Positions 28,666 to 38,870 of a stretch of 64,000 nt of DNA are shown here, in pieces. The stretch spans positions 4,236 through 68,235 of the forward strand of contig DATHAF010000028.1 of NCBI GenBank assembly GCA_035296785.1, read 5' to 3'. Under the pieces are notes generated by a model. That model did no database searches, was not told the origin of the DNA, and saw only the letters and a program-made list of their open reading frames with translations. The stretch's first letter is position 1. Every line of letters starts with the position of its first letter. Origin of the DNA: Gaiellaceae bacterium (GTDB lineage: Bacteria; Actinomycetota; Thermoleophilia; Gaiellales; Gaiellaceae). A program made the position numbers and the translations under genes.

Positions 28666-30477
28666 ATGACTCGCCGCGCCCTGCCGCCGCCGCGGCTTCT
28701 GGCAGTCCTCGTCCCTGTGTGCGCCGCGGGCCTAGGTGTTGCGTGCGCCGCCGCTGCCTCGTTCGCGATCACGCCGCACAAGGCCGCGACGCTGCTCGGA
28801 CTTGCGGCGCTGATGATCGCCTCAACGCTTGCCGACCGCTTCCCAGTGCCGGTGGAGGGAGTGGACACCGGAGGTGTCTCGCTTTCGTTCGTCTTCGGCG
28901 TCGCGTCGATCGTGCTCTTCGGCTGGGCGGCGGGGCTGATGGTCGTCTTCCTGGCGCCGGCGATCACGCAGCTGCTCGAGCACCGGCCGCCGATCCGGAT
29001 CGCCTACAACGTCTCGGTGCTCGCGCTGGCCGCCACGGCGGCCGGGATCGTGTCGGCCCCACTGCACGGAGAAAATGCTGGCGGAGTGCTGGCGCGCGTT
29101 GGCGCCGCCGCCTCGGCCCAGTACTCGATCAATTTGATCCTGATCACGGCGGTCGTCGCAGTGAGCTCGCGCCGCTCGCTCTTCGCGCTTGCGCGCACGA
29201 ACGTTCGCTGGACGATCGTCCCATTCTCGCTGATGGCCTCCGCCGCCTTGATGCTGGTGGTGCTCTGGCAGCGCTCGCCGTTCCTCTCGGTGGCGCTCGT
29301 CGGGCCGCTGCTCGCGATCCAGCTCTACCAGCGCGCGATCGTCGGCGCGCTTCGGGCCATGCGGCTCGCCCTGACGGACCCGCTGACCGGACTCGGAAAC
29401 CACCGGCATTTCCATGAACGACTCGAGCGGGAGCTGCGGTACGCGCACGAGCGTCGTCTTCCGCTCAGCCTCTGCCTGATCGATCTCGACGACTTCAAGC
29501 GGATCAACGATCGCTTCGGCCATCCCGCGGGTGACCGGGTGCTGTCACAGCTCGCGGCGCGCCTGCGTCAAACGGGCGAGGCGTTCCGCCTCGGCGGTGA
29601 CGAGTTCGCGCTGCTGCTCCCGGGGTTCGACGAGCACGCTGCTCTGACCGCGGCAGAGTCCATCGTCGACCGGATCGCTGCGCTGAAGCTCGAGCAGATC
29701 GGCTCCGCGACGGTCAGCGTGGGCGTCGCCACCTCACCGCACCATGCCCGGGAGCGCGACGAGCTGATCCGCCTCGCCGACAGCGCCCTCTACTGGGCCA
29801 AGGAATACGGCAAGAACCGAGTCCGCGCCTACCGGCCGGACGTAATCGAGCTCGCAGAGCTCAAGAGGCTGGCGAGCGGCCCGGACCGCGCTGCACGCTT
29901 CCGTGCCGCCGCCAGCCTCGCGCGCGCCGTGGACGCTCGCGACGTCTACACGGGCAGCCATTCGCAGCGTGTCGCCGACCTCGCAGCGCGCACCGCGCGT
30001 CGGCTTGGCCTCGCCGACGAAGAGATCGAGCTCACCCGGCTCGCGGCCAGCCTGCACGACCTCGGCAAGCTCGCGATCCCTGAGGAGATCCTGCGCAAGC
30101 CGGGCCCGCTCACCGAGCCGGAGCGGATGGTGCTCGAGCGCCACCCGCAGATCGGGTTCCGGATGCTCGAGAGCCTCGGCGTGGATCCGGTAGCCGACTG
30201 GGTGCTTCACCACCACGAGCGCTGGGACGGAAGTGGCTACCCGGACGGCCTGCCGGGTGATCGGATCCCACTCGGCGCGCGCATCATCTTCGTGGCGGAC
30301 GCCTACGATGCGATGACCTCCGAACGCGTCTACCGCCGCCGGGTTGCGCCCGAGCAGGCGGTTGCCGAGCTCGAACGCTGCGCCGGAACGCAGTTCGACC
30401 CGGAGATCGTCGCCGCACTGGCAGACGAGCTCGCGCTCCATGAGACGGCGCCAGCCGCCGCAGCCCTCGCCTCCTGA
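28666..30477 (+). CDS. Membrane GGDEF + HD-GYP protein (c-di-GMP synthase/phosphodiesterase architecture)
   Basis: Multi-TM N-terminus, RLGGDEFALL, HDLGKLAIP, HHERWDGSGYPDG. Confidence 0.9.
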   Translation: MTRRALPPPRLLAVLVPVCAAGLGVACAAAASFAITPHKAATLLGLAALMIASTLADRFPVPVEGVDTGGVSLSFVFGVASIVLFGWAAGLMVVFLAPAITQLLEHRPPIRIAYNVSVLALAATAAGIVSAPLHGENAGGVLARVGAAASAQYSINLILITAVVAVSSRRSLFALARTNVRWTIVPFSLMASAALMLVVLWQRSPFLSVALVGPLLAIQLYQRAIVGALRAMRLALTDPLTGLGNHRHFHERLERELRYAHERRLPLSLCLIDLDDFKRINDRFGHPAGDRVLSQLAARLRQTGEAFRLGGDEFALLLPGFDEHAALTAAESIVDRIAALKLEQIGSATVSVGVATSPHHARERDELIRLADSALYWAKEYGKNRVRAYRPDVIELAELKRLASGPDRAARFRAAASLARAVDARDVYTGSHSQRVADLAARTARRLGLADEEIELTRLAASLHDLGKLAIPEEILRKPGPLTEPERMVLERHPQIGFRMLESLGVDPVADWVLHHHERWDGSGYPDGLPGDRIPLGARIIFVADAYDAMTSERVYRRRVAPEQAVAELERCAGTQFDPEIVAALADELALHETAPAAAALAS

Positions 30478-30593
30478 ACGCGACACGCGTTCGGCACGAA
30501 ATCGGCACCCATGGGTGCGCCTTTCGGCAATAGGCTCGCCTTGGGGAGGAGGCCGGGCGAACCGAACTGAGGGAAGCGCGGGCCGCTTAGCCT

Positions 30594-32147
30594 CTAAAGA
30601 GGAATATTCCCGTGCTTGCGCGGAGGCCGGCGCTCTCGCTTGGTCAGCGCCGTCTCCAGTGCGTCCGCCAGCACCGGCCGAGTGCGCCGAGGCTCGATTA
30701 CGTCGTCGACGTAGCCCCGCTCGGCAGCCACGTACGGATTGGCGAAGCGCTCGCGGTAGTCCTCGATCAGTTCTGCGCGCTTTGCTTCCGAATCCTCAGC
30801 GGCCTCGAGCTCTTTACGAAAGATGATGTTGACCGCGCCCTCCGGCCCCATCACCGCCACCTCGGCGGTTGGCCAGGCGAAGTTGAAGTCGGCGCGGATG
30901 TGCTTCGAGCTCATCACGTCGTAGGCGCCGCCATACGCCTTGCGCGTGATCACCGCGAGCTTGGGCACCGTCGCCTCGGCGTAAGCGTAGAGCAGCTTGG
31001 CGCCGTGCCGGATGATCCCGCCCCACTCCTGCGCCGTCCCGGGCAGGAAGCCAGGCACGTCTACGAAGGTGACCAGCGGAATGTTGAAGGCGTCGCAGGT
31101 CCGAACAAACCGGGCCGCCTTCACCGACGAGTCGATGTCGAGCACCCCGGCCAGAGCGCGCGGCTGGTTACCGATGACGCCCACAGGGTGACCGTTCAGG
31201 CGCGCGAAGCCGCAGACGATGTTCTCGGCCCAACGCTCGTGCACCTCCAGAAACTCGCCTTCGTCGAACACGCGCCGCACGACCTCCTTCATGTCGTACG
31301 GCTTGGCGGGATCGTCGGGCACCAGCGTGTCGAGCTCGAGATCCTCCCGGCCGACCGGATCGGAAGGCTCGGAGTGCGGCGGCGGGTCGACGTTGTTCTG
31401 CGGGAGGAACGAGAGCAGGTAGCGCGCGTCCTCGAGACAGGCCGCCTCGTCGGGAGCGACTAGATGGGCAACCCCCGACTTGGTCGCGTGCGTGAGCGCG
31501 CCGCCCAGCTCCTCGAAACTCACCTCCTCGCCGGTGACCGTCTTCACGACGTCGGGGCCGGTGATGAACATGTACGAGCTGCCCTCGACCATCAGGACGA
31601 AGTCGGTGATCGCCGGTGAGTACACCGCACCTCCGGCGCACGGGCCCATGACGAGGCTGATCTGCGGGATCACCCCGGAGCACTGGACGTTGCGCCAAAA
31701 AATCTCTGCATAGCCGGCGAGCGAGACCACCCCTTCCTGGATTCGAGCACCGCCCGAGTCGTTGATCCCGATCACGGGACAGCCGAGCTTCGCGGCCAGG
31801 TCCATCACCTTGCAGATCTTCTCGGCGAAAACCTCCGAAAGGCTGCCGCCGAAAACCGTGAAGTCCTGTGAGAACACGAAAACCTTACGTCCGAAGATCG
31901 TCCCGTAGCCGGTCACGACTGCATCGCCGTAGGGCCGCTTCTCGCGCATGCCGAACTCGGCTTCGCGGTGGCGCACGTACCGGTCGAGCTCGACGAACGA
32001 TCCCGGGTCGAGGAGCTTCTCGGCGCGTTCGCGCGCGAGCAGCTTGCCTTGGGAGCGCTGCCGCTCGACGGCGCCTTCGCTTCCCGCGTGCAGAGCTTCC
32101 CCCCGCAGCTGCTCGAGCCTGCGGCGCTTGGCCTGGGTCGAGTCCAT
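30594..32147 (-). CDS. Acyl-CoA carboxylase carboxyltransferase (beta) subunit, PccB/AccD-like
   Basis: ATG 32147: [37 protein letters not shown]. The prefix of the 627-aa track ORF is Arg-rich and non-coding-like. Confidence 0.9.
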   Translation of the reverse strand: MDSTQAKRRRLEQLRGEALHAGSEGAVERQRSQGKLLARERAEKLLDPGSFVELDRYVRHREAEFGMREKRPYGDAVVTGYGTIFGRKVFVFSQDFTVFGGSLSEVFAEKICKVMDLAAKLGCPVIGINDSGGARIQEGVVSLAGYAEIFWRNVQCSGVIPQISLVMGPCAGGAVYSPAITDFVLMVEGSSYMFITGPDVVKTVTGEEVSFEELGGALTHATKSGVAHLVAPDEAACLEDARYLLSFLPQNNVDPPPHSEPSDPVGREDLELDTLVPDDPAKPYDMKEVVRRVFDEGEFLEVHERWAENIVCGFARLNGHPVGVIGNQPRALAGVLDIDSSVKAARFVRTCDAFNIPLVTFVDVPGFLPGTAQEWGGIIRHGAKLLYAYAEATVPKLAVITRKAYGGAYDVMSSKHIRADFNFAWPTAEVAVMGPEGAVNIIFRKELEAAEDSEAKRAELIEDYRERFANPYVAAERGYVDDVIEPRRTRPVLADALETALTKRERRPPRKHGNIPL

Positions 32148-32499
32148 CTCGGTCGACACGGGGCGAGCGTAACGCCGGAGGCGACGGCCGTGCCGGGACA
32201 AATCCCCAAAAAGGGTGCGGGGGGATCCCCTTTCCGGGGGACTAGCGGCTGCCGAAAACCGGCCTAGCCTACGCAGGCGGAACTGCGGCGAAGGAAGAAC
32301 CATGCGGCACTTGTACATCGATCGATCCCGGCGGCTGCCGGCGCTACGCGCCGTTCGCTTGCCACGGACGGCTTCGCGCCGGTCGCGCTTGCGCTGCCGC
32401 TGGTGACGCTGATGTGGCTGACGATCGGCCTGCTGATCTTCGCCGAGCTCTCGATCGCCGGCGGGGGCAACGGCCACGCGCGTGCCAAAATCAAGAACG

Positions 32500-32958
32500 A
32501 TGCGGGTCTCGGCGAAAGTGGACTACGCCCTGCGCGCCTGCGCGGAGCTCGCGGCAGCGGCGGGCGGCGTGCCGCAAAAGGGCGACCGGATCGCCCGGGC
32601 TCAAAAGATCCCGCTTAAGTTCCTCGAAAACATCCTGCTCGACCTCAGACACGCCGGCTTGGTCCAGAGCCAGCGGGGCGCGGAGGGCGGCTACTGGCTC
32701 GCAAAGGCGCCAGAAGAGATCACGCTCGCCGACGTGATTCGCGCCGTGGAGGGCCCGATCGCCAACGTGCGGGGCCAGCGACCCGAAGAGGTCGAGTACA
32801 CGGGAGCAGCGGAACCGCTACGCGACGCGTGGGTGGCCGTTCGCGCAAATCTTCGGGCCGTCCTCGAGACCGTGACGCTCGCCGACCTCGCGTGCGGGAA
32901 GCTGCCGAACGAGGTCGCCCTGATCGCGGCCGACCCCGACGCCTGGCTGCCGCACTAG
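32500..32958 (+). CDS. Rrf2-family transcriptional regulator
   Basis: ATG 32500: [19 protein letters not shown]. wHTH region [25 protein letters not shown]. No three-Cys cluster motif seen. Confidence 0.85.
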   Translation: MRVSAKVDYALRACAELAAAAGGVPQKGDRIARAQKIPLKFLENILLDLRHAGLVQSQRGAEGGYWLAKAPEEITLADVIRAVEGPIANVRGQRPEEVEYTGAAEPLRDAWVAVRANLRAVLETVTLADLACGKLPNEVALIAADPDAWLPH

Positions 32959-33914
32959 CCGGCGCTGAAAACCGTCTCGTGCCTGGGACGCACGTAGACG
33001 ATCTGGCCCCGCTCGAGCTCGAGCTGCTCGGCCTCTTCCTGTGTCAGCTGCACGAGCAGGTGCTGGCCATCGTCGCGGACGAGCTCGACCCGCACCTCGA
33101 AGCCGAGGTGGACGACGCGCTCGACCATCGCCTCCGTGGAACCGTCCTCCGGCTCGAGCCGCACCTCGACGTCGTGTGGCCGGACGAAGGTGTCGCCGAC
33201 GCGGTTGACCGGCCCCACGAAGCTCATCACGAACTCGTTGGCAGGTTGCTCGTAGAGCTCGCGAGGCGAGCCAACCTGCTCCACCCTGCCCCCGTTGAGG
33301 ACGACGATCTGGCCCGCGACCTCCATCGCCTCTTCCTGGTCGTGCGTGACGATGATCGTCGTCACGTGCACCTCATCGTGGAGGCGGCGCAGCCAGGCGC
33401 GCAGCTCCTTGCGAACCCGAGCGTCGAGAGCGCCGAAGGGCTCGTCGAGCAGCAGCACGCTCGGCTCGACCGCGAGCGCGCGGGCCAGGGCCATACGCTG
33501 ACGCTGCCCGCCCGAGAGCTGCGACGGATAGCGCTTCGCAAGGCCCTCGAGCTGCACGAGCTCCAGCAGCTCGTGGACGCGGTCGGAGACCTCAACCTGC
33601 GGGCGCTTGCGGATCGTCAGGCCGAAGGCGACATTGTCCCAGACGGTCATGTGCTTGAAGGCCGCGTAGTGCTGGAAGACCATGCCGACGCCACGGGCGC
33701 GGGCAGGTGTCTTCGTGACGTCCTCGTTGCCGATCAAGACCTGACCCGACTCAGGCTGCTCGAGGCCCGCGATCACGCGCAAGAGGGTCGACTTGCCGCT
33801 ACCGCTGGGGCCGAGGAGAGCGGTCAACGAGCCCTCCGGAATCGACACCGAGACCTGATCGAGAGCAGTGAAGCTCCCGAAATGCTTGGTCACGTCGATC
33901 GTTGCGATGCCCAC
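32955..33914 (-). CDS. cysA: Sulfate/thiosulfate ABC transporter ATP-binding protein
   Basis: GTG 33914 (TAGTG junction). [24 protein letters not shown]. Confidence 0.9.
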   Translation of the reverse strand: MGIATIDVTKHFGSFTALDQVSVSIPEGSLTALLGPSGSGKSTLLRVIAGLEQPESGQVLIGNEDVTKTPARARGVGMVFQHYAAFKHMTVWDNVAFGLTIRKRPQVEVSDRVHELLELVQLEGLAKRYPSQLSGGQRQRMALARALAVEPSVLLLDEPFGALDARVRKELRAWLRRLHDEVHVTTIIVTHDQEEAMEVAGQIVVLNGGRVEQVGSPRELYEQPANEFVMSFVGPVNRVGDTFVRPHDVEVRLEPEDGSTEAMVERVVHLGFEVRVELVRDDGQHLLVQLTQEEAEQLELERGQIVYVRPRHETVFSAG

Positions 33915-34702
33915 TAGCTCGTCTCCTCCCGCGGGTGGAATACCCGCAGGGCTACGACCGTAGCGATCGCGATCAGTGCCAGCACCACCGACGCAGCGTA
34001 CGCACCTTGGATGTCGAACTGCTCGAACTGGGCCTGGACGTAGAGCGGCAGCGTCTCGGTGCGGCCCTGGATCTTGCCGGAAACGACGCTGACGGCACCG
34101 AACTCGCCGATCGCCCGCGCAGTCGTGAGCACCACGCCGTAGGCCACGGCCCAGCGAATCGCCGGCAGCGTGATCTTCCAAAACGTCTGGAAGGGCGAGG
34201 CGCCGAGGGTCTCAGCGGCCTGCTCCTGCTCGGTTCCGATCTCGCGCAGCACGGGCACCACCTCGCGCACGACGAAGGGCAGGGAGACGAACATGGTCGC
34301 GAGCACCATTCCCGGGACCGCGAAGAGGATCTTGATCCCGTGGTCGGCAAGCCCGCCGAGCCAGCCTCCTCGCCCGTAAAGCAGGAACAGCGCGAGCCCG
34401 ACCACGACCGGCGAGAGTGCGAGCGGCAGGTCGACGATCGCGTTCACCAGGCCGCGCCCCGGGAAGCGGCTGCGCACGAGCGCGAGCGCCAGGATCACGC
34501 CGAAGACGGTGTTGGCCGGCACGGTGATCGCCGCCATTAGCAGCGTGAGCTCGAGCGCGTGCACGGCCTGCTGCGAACTGACGGCGTCCCATGCCGGCCC
34601 GATGCCGTGCTCGAAGGCGCGGTAGAAGACGAACCCGACCGGCACAAGCAGCAGCAGGGTCAGGTAGCCGAGCGCGCCGACCCTCAAGACATATCTAGAC
34701 AT
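33914..34702 (-). CDS. cysW: Sulfate ABC transporter permease
   Basis: Six-TM ABC permease between cysT and cysA. Confidence 0.85.
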   Translation of the reverse strand: MSRYVLRVGALGYLTLLLLVPVGFVFYRAFEHGIGPAWDAVSSQQAVHALELTLLMAAITVPANTVFGVILALALVRSRFPGRGLVNAIVDLPLALSPVVVGLALFLLYGRGGWLGGLADHGIKILFAVPGMVLATMFVSLPFVVREVVPVLREIGTEQEQAAETLGASPFQTFWKITLPAIRWAVAYGVVLTTARAIGEFGAVSVVSGKIQGRTETLPLYVQAQFEQFDIQGAYAASVVLALIAIATVVALRVFHPREETS

Positions 34703-35525
34703 CGTGCCGCGTCCTCCAGCGCCGAAAGGCGCCGATCAGCAAGAGCACGCCGAGCGAGATCGCCAGCAGCACAACGGAAACGGCGGCCGCACCGCCCTCG
34801 TTCCCCGACTGCAGCTGCCCGAAGATGTAGACGGACGAGACCTCGGTCCTGAACGGGATGTTCCCGGAGATCAGCACGACGGCCCCGAACTCGCCGACTG
34901 CACGGGCGAAGGCGAGGGCGACTCCCGAAAGGATCGCCGGGAGAAGGTTCGGGAAGACGATCCGGCGGAAGATCGCGAGCGAGCCTGCTCCGAGCGACGC
35001 GGCCGCCTCCTCCATCTCCGTATCGAGCTCGAGCAGCACCGGCTGGACCGCCCGCACCACGAACGGCAGCGTCACGAACAGCAGCGCGAGCAACAGCCCC
35101 GCCCGCGTAAAGGCGACGTCCACGCCAAACGGCCCGCCGGGCCCGTAGAGGGCGAGCAGGGTCAGGCCCGCCACGATCGTCGGGAGCGCGAACGGCAGGT
35201 CGATGACGGCGTCCACCGCGGCCTTGCCCGGGAAGCGGTCGCGCACCAGCACCCAGGCGATCGCAGTGCCAGCGACCGCGTTGATCAGGGCACAGACTGC
35301 CGCAACGCCCAGCGACAGCTTGAGCGCCGAGATCGCCTCCGGACGGGTCGCCTGGTGCCAGAAGGCTTGAGCGCCGTCGGCTCGCGAGCTCCAGACCAGC
35401 GCCGCGAGCGGCAGGAGGACGACCAGGGTGAGGTATCCGGTCGCGACCCCTTTCGCAAGCGCGCCACCGGCGCGGCCAGAAGCCGCGCCGGCAGGTCGCT
35501 CGAGGACTGCTGCGCTACTGGCCAA
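34695..35525 (-). CDS. cysT: Sulfate ABC transporter permease
   Basis: Six-TM ABC permease. TTG 35525. Overlaps neighbouring genes by 8 and 11 nt. Confidence 0.85.
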   Translation of the reverse strand: MASSAAVLERPAGAASGRAGGALAKGVATGYLTLVVLLPLAALVWSSRADGAQAFWHQATRPEAISALKLSLGVAAVCALINAVAGTAIAWVLVRDRFPGKAAVDAVIDLPFALPTIVAGLTLLALYGPGGPFGVDVAFTRAGLLLALLFVTLPFVVRAVQPVLLELDTEMEEAAASLGAGSLAIFRRIVFPNLLPAILSGVALAFARAVGEFGAVVLISGNIPFRTEVSSVYIFGQLQSGNEGGAAAVSVVLLAISLGVLLLIGAFRRWRTRHDV

Positions 35526-36495
35526 TGGACCTCTCGATCGCGGCCATGATCCCCTTCTCCGGGTGGAAGAAGCGCTTGTTCACCTTCGCCCAGCCGTTCA
35601 GCCCGTACTTGGCCGAGCTGATCTTGAAGAGGCCCGGTGGTTTGAAGAAGCGGTACCCCGACGCCACGCTCTTCACCACCGGCCGATAGCCCTGGTCGGC
35701 GAAGGCCTTCTGCGCGGTACCCGACCAGAGGTATCTATAGAACGCCTTCGCTGCCGGCTTGCTCGAGCCGCGCTTGGTCAGCGCGGCGGGCGTCTCGATC
35801 AGCAGGGTTGCCTTAGGGACCCGGAAGTCGGTGTGAATCCCCTTCTTGTTCGCGTAGATCGCCTCGTTCTCGTACGTCAGCAGGACGTCGCCCTTACCCT
35901 GCGAGAAGATCTGCAGGGCCGCCCGTGCGCTGTCGGGCTGCACGGGCACGTGCTTGAACAGCTTGTAGAGGTAGGCGATCGCCTGCTTGTCGGTCTTGCC
36001 CGCACGGCGTTGAGCGCCGTACGCGGCCATCACGTTCCAGCGCGCGCCGCCGGACGTGAACGGGTTCGGTGTGATTACCTGGATGCGGCTCTTGACGAGG
36101 TCGCCCCAGTCCTTGATCTTCTTCGGGTTGCCGTCGCGGACGACGAAGACGACGACGGAGTCGGAGACGATGCCTCGGTGCGAGTTTGCGGCCCAATTCT
36201 TGGGAACCAGGTTCTTCTGAACGAGCAGGTTGACGTCGGGGTCAAGCGAGAGGGCGACCACATCCGCCGGCTGGCCCGCCGCCACCGCACGCGCCTGCTC
36301 TCCTGAACCGCCGTACGACTGGCTGACGTCGACCCCGTTCCCGGCCTGCGTCTTCTGGAAGGCCGAGATGACCTTTCCATAGGCGTCCTTCGGCGTCGAG
36401 TAGGCGACCAAGTTGATCGAGCCCCCCTTCGACGCGCCGGTGGCGGAGCCGGCCAGCAGCGCGACCCCGAGCAACGTAATCCATATAACTCTCAT
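35515..36495 (-). CDS. cysP: Sulfate/thiosulfate-binding protein
   Basis: Signal peptide MRVIWITLLGVALLAGSATGA. Sulfate-binding protein family by eye (SQSYGGSGEQARAV). AAGGAG RBS. Confidence 0.85.
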   Translation of the reverse strand: MRVIWITLLGVALLAGSATGASKGGSINLVAYSTPKDAYGKVISAFQKTQAGNGVDVSQSYGGSGEQARAVAAGQPADVVALSLDPDVNLLVQKNLVPKNWAANSHRGIVSDSVVVFVVRDGNPKKIKDWGDLVKSRIQVITPNPFTSGGARWNVMAAYGAQRRAGKTDKQAIAYLYKLFKHVPVQPDSARAALQIFSQGKGDVLLTYENEAIYANKKGIHTDFRVPKATLLIETPAALTKRGSSKPAAKAFYRYLWSGTAQKAFADQGYRPVVKSVASGYRFFKPPGLFKISSAKYGLNGWAKVNKRFFHPEKGIMAAIERSIGQ

Positions 36496-36597
36496 TCAGA
36501 CTCCTTATTTATCAAGTTTTTCCAGTGAGTTGCTGGAGATTCGCACAGCCACCTGACAGCGTCAAATCGGAGTCATCGCTGAGACTAGAGTGGAGCC

Positions 36598-37560
36598 GTG
36601 GAACCGCTCGACCGCTCGACGATCTGGCCGTACCAGGAGGGCGAGCCGGGTGAGCTGTACTACCAGCGCTACGCCCATCCCAACGGGCTCGCAGCAGAGC
36701 GAACGCTCGCGGAGCTCGAAGGCGGCGAGGCGCTCCTCTTCCCTTCCGGCGCGGGGGCGACGACGGCCCTCGTGCTCGGGCTGCTGGAGCCGGGACAGAC
36801 GATCGCACTAGCAGAGGGCTCTTACTACGGGACGGCGAGCCTCTTCGCGGCGCTCGAGCGCTGGGGGGTGCGCTTCGTCGAGTTCGACCAGACGAAAGCG
36901 CCGCCTGCGGAAGCGGACCTGGTCTGGCTCGAGGCACCGTCCAACCCGTTCCTGACGATGCCGGACTTCGACGCCGCGGCCGCGCATCCGGCGCGGGTCG
37001 TAATCGACTCGACCGCGGCAACCCCGGTCTACGTGCGTCCGCTGGAGCGCGGAGCCGACTTCGCGCTGCATAGTGCGACCAAGTTCCTCGGCGGCCACCA
37101 CGACGTCCTTCTCGGAGCGATCGCGTGTCGCTCGGCAGACGACGCAGCGAGGCTACGCGACTTCCGCGGCCGCACGGGGATCGTGGCCGCACCGGATCCC
37201 TGCTGGCTTCTCTCGCGGAGCCTGAAGACGCTCCCACTGCGAATGGAGCGGCACACAGCCGGCGCCACGGAGATCGCCGAGCGGCTGGGCGCGCATCGGT
37301 CGGTTCAAGTCGTGCGCTACCCGGGCTTCGGCGGCCTACTCTCCTTCGATGTCGCCGACGGCGAGGCCGCGCTCAAGGTCGAGACCTCGCTCGAGCGGAT
37401 CAAGAACGCTACGAGCCTCGGCGGGGTCGACTCAGTGCTCGAAAGCCGTGCCCGCTGGGAGGGGGTCCGCGTCCCTCCGGGTCTCCTACGCCTGAGCGTG
37501 GGGCTCGAGGATCCGGACGACCTCTGGGCCGACCTGAAACGAGCGCTCGAGAAGACCTAG
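36598..37560 (+). CDS. Cys/Met-metabolism PLP-dependent enzyme (cystathionine synthase/lyase family), short form
   Basis: GTG 36598. SGAGATTA and PLP-Lys SATKFLGGHHD. 320 aa. Confidence 0.75.
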   Translation: MEPLDRSTIWPYQEGEPGELYYQRYAHPNGLAAERTLAELEGGEALLFPSGAGATTALVLGLLEPGQTIALAEGSYYGTASLFAALERWGVRFVEFDQTKAPPAEADLVWLEAPSNPFLTMPDFDAAAAHPARVVIDSTAATPVYVRPLERGADFALHSATKFLGGHHDVLLGAIACRSADDAARLRDFRGRTGIVAAPDPCWLLSRSLKTLPLRMERHTAGATEIAERLGAHRSVQVVRYPGFGGLLSFDVADGEAALKVETSLERIKNATSLGGVDSVLESRARWEGVRVPPGLLRLSVGLEDPDDLWADLKRALEKT

Positions 37561-37634
37561 AGCCGGAGGTGGGATTCGAACCCACGACCTACGCCTTACA
37601 AGGGCGTTGCTCTGACCAGCTGAGCTACTCCGGC
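37561..37634 (-). tRNA. tRNA-Thr (anticodon UGU)
   Basis: Acceptor GCCGGAG/CTCCGGC, D-arm GCTC..GAGC, anticodon stem ACGCC/GGCGT with loop CUUGUAA, T-arm GTGGG-TTCGAAT-CCCAC. 74 nt, no encoded CCA. Confidence 0.9.
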
Positions 37635-37655
37635 GCAGGCTGAGCGTAGCGCGCG

Positions 37656-38357
37656 CTACTGCAGGACTTGCCGCGACTGCTGATGCGACAGCACCTTGCG
37701 CTTCACCCGCTGGAGCGCGTTGTCGATCGTCTTCGTGTCGCAGCCCAGCCGCTCGGCCATCTCCTCGTAGGACTCGCCTTCGAGGTAGAGCTTGAGCGCG
37801 TCCGCCTCGAGCTTCGACAGCCCGCTCCCGAGCGCGAAGACAAGGCTCTGCAGCTCCTCGGTCGAGATCACGCAGACCGACGGGTCGTCGACCGACGGCC
37901 CCGGAAGCGCGTCGCCGAGGGTGCAGTCGCCGTCCGGCTCCTGGCCGGCCGGGGTGTGGCTGAAGGAGACGTAGGTGTTCAGGGGCGCGTGCTTGAAGCG
38001 GGTCGCAGTCTTGATCGCCGTGATGATCTGCCGCGTCACGCAGAGCTCGGCAAAGCTGCGGAACGAGGTCTCCTTATCGGCGCGGAAGTCGCGCACGGCT
38101 TTGTAGAGGCCGACGAGTCCTTCCTGGATCAGATCCTCGGAGTCGCCGCCGGCGAGGAAGTACGAGCTGGCCTTCAGGCGAACGAACCCTTGATAGCGGC
38201 GCATCAGCTCGTCGAGAGCCTTTCCGTCGCCGTTGCGCGCGCGCATGACGAGCTGGAGGTCGGCGAGCTCCCGCTGCAGCTTTTGCGGGGTGTGGATCGT
38301 CTGGGCGGTTCGAGCGGGCACGGCTTCCCCCTCGCTGAGGACGGGCGATCTCCACAA
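37656..38357 (-). CDS. sigH: Sigma-70 family factor of the Bacillus SigH (Spo0H) type
   Basis: GFVRLKASSYFLAGGDSEDLIQEGLVGLYKAVRDF, FAELCVTRQIITAIKTATRFKH and IDNALQRVKRK closely recall B. subtilis SigH (from memory). Start uncertain: TTG 38357, or the in-frame GTG at codon 13. Confidence 0.8.
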   Translation of the reverse strand: MWRSPVLSEGEAVPARTAQTIHTPQKLQRELADLQLVMRARNGDGKALDELMRRYQGFVRLKASSYFLAGGDSEDLIQEGLVGLYKAVRDFRADKETSFRSFAELCVTRQIITAIKTATRFKHAPLNTYVSFSHTPAGQEPDGDCTLGDALPGPSVDDPSVCVISTEELQSLVFALGSGLSKLEADALKLYLEGESYEEMAERLGCDTKTIDNALQRVKRKVLSHQQSRQVLQ

Positions 38358-38380
38358 GCCTCACCCTGAGGTTGAGGATC

Positions 38381-38409
38381 AAGATAGCAAGGTCCCAACA
38401 CGTTTACAA
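38381..38409 (-). promoter_or_regulatory. Candidate sigH promoter TTGTAA-17 nt-TATCTT
   Basis: Read on the minus strand between the yacP stop and the sigH start. The spacer overlaps an 8-bp inverted repeat GCAAGGTC...GACCTTGC (38387-38417). Confidence 0.4.
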
Positions 38410-38429
38410 GACCTTGCTAGTTGTTTTGC

Positions 38430-38870
38430 TTAACCGGACCCTTTGCCTCTGCGCAACTTCTCAAGACGTTTTCGCGTCTCTTCGTCTACACGATCGCGAA
38501 GCTGCGATGGCTTCGATTCGCGGTAGCCCGTCTCCTCGAGGTCCTGCATGAAGGTTCGCGAGGTGCGCTTCTGCACCTCCTGCCCCGAGGTTCCGCGGAC
38601 GGCGGAGTCCGACGAGACGAGGCAGACCGTTTCGCTCCGCCGGTTCTCTGCAGCCAGCCGCTCGAGTAAGGCGTCGGCGTGCTCGGCGTAGCGCACTTCG
38701 AGCGGCCCGAACACCGTGTCCTGCCCGAGGCCATCGAAGACGAGTATTCCTCGCGCGCCGTGAACGGCGACGAAGCTCGCCAGCCGATCGACGAGCTCGC
38801 GCGGGTCTTCGAATGGCCCAGCATGCAGCAGGTTGTAGCCGTCGAACAGGTAGAGCGTCGGCTCAGCCAC
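38430..38870 (-). CDS. yacP: NYN-domain protein, YacP/Rae1-like
   Basis: GTG 38870: AEPTLYLFDGYNLLHAG...ILVFDG. Confidence 0.75.
   Translation of the reverse strand: MAEPTLYLFDGYNLLHAGPFEDPRELVDRLASFVAVHGARGILVFDGLGQDTVFGPLEVRYAEHADALLERLAAENRRSETVCLVSSDSAVRGTSGQEVQKRTSRTFMQDLEETGYRESKPSQLRDRVDEETRKRLEKLRRGKGSG

Noticed and set aside
32403-32618. Plus-strand ORF starting [22 protein letters not shown] (TM-like, high GC3) in the pccB/Rrf2 intergenic region
   Set aside because: The frame runs 118 nt into the Rrf2 gene in a different frame without a stop. Third-position bias fades upstream of about 32365. No RBS is present. It would need an undetected frameshift to make sense.
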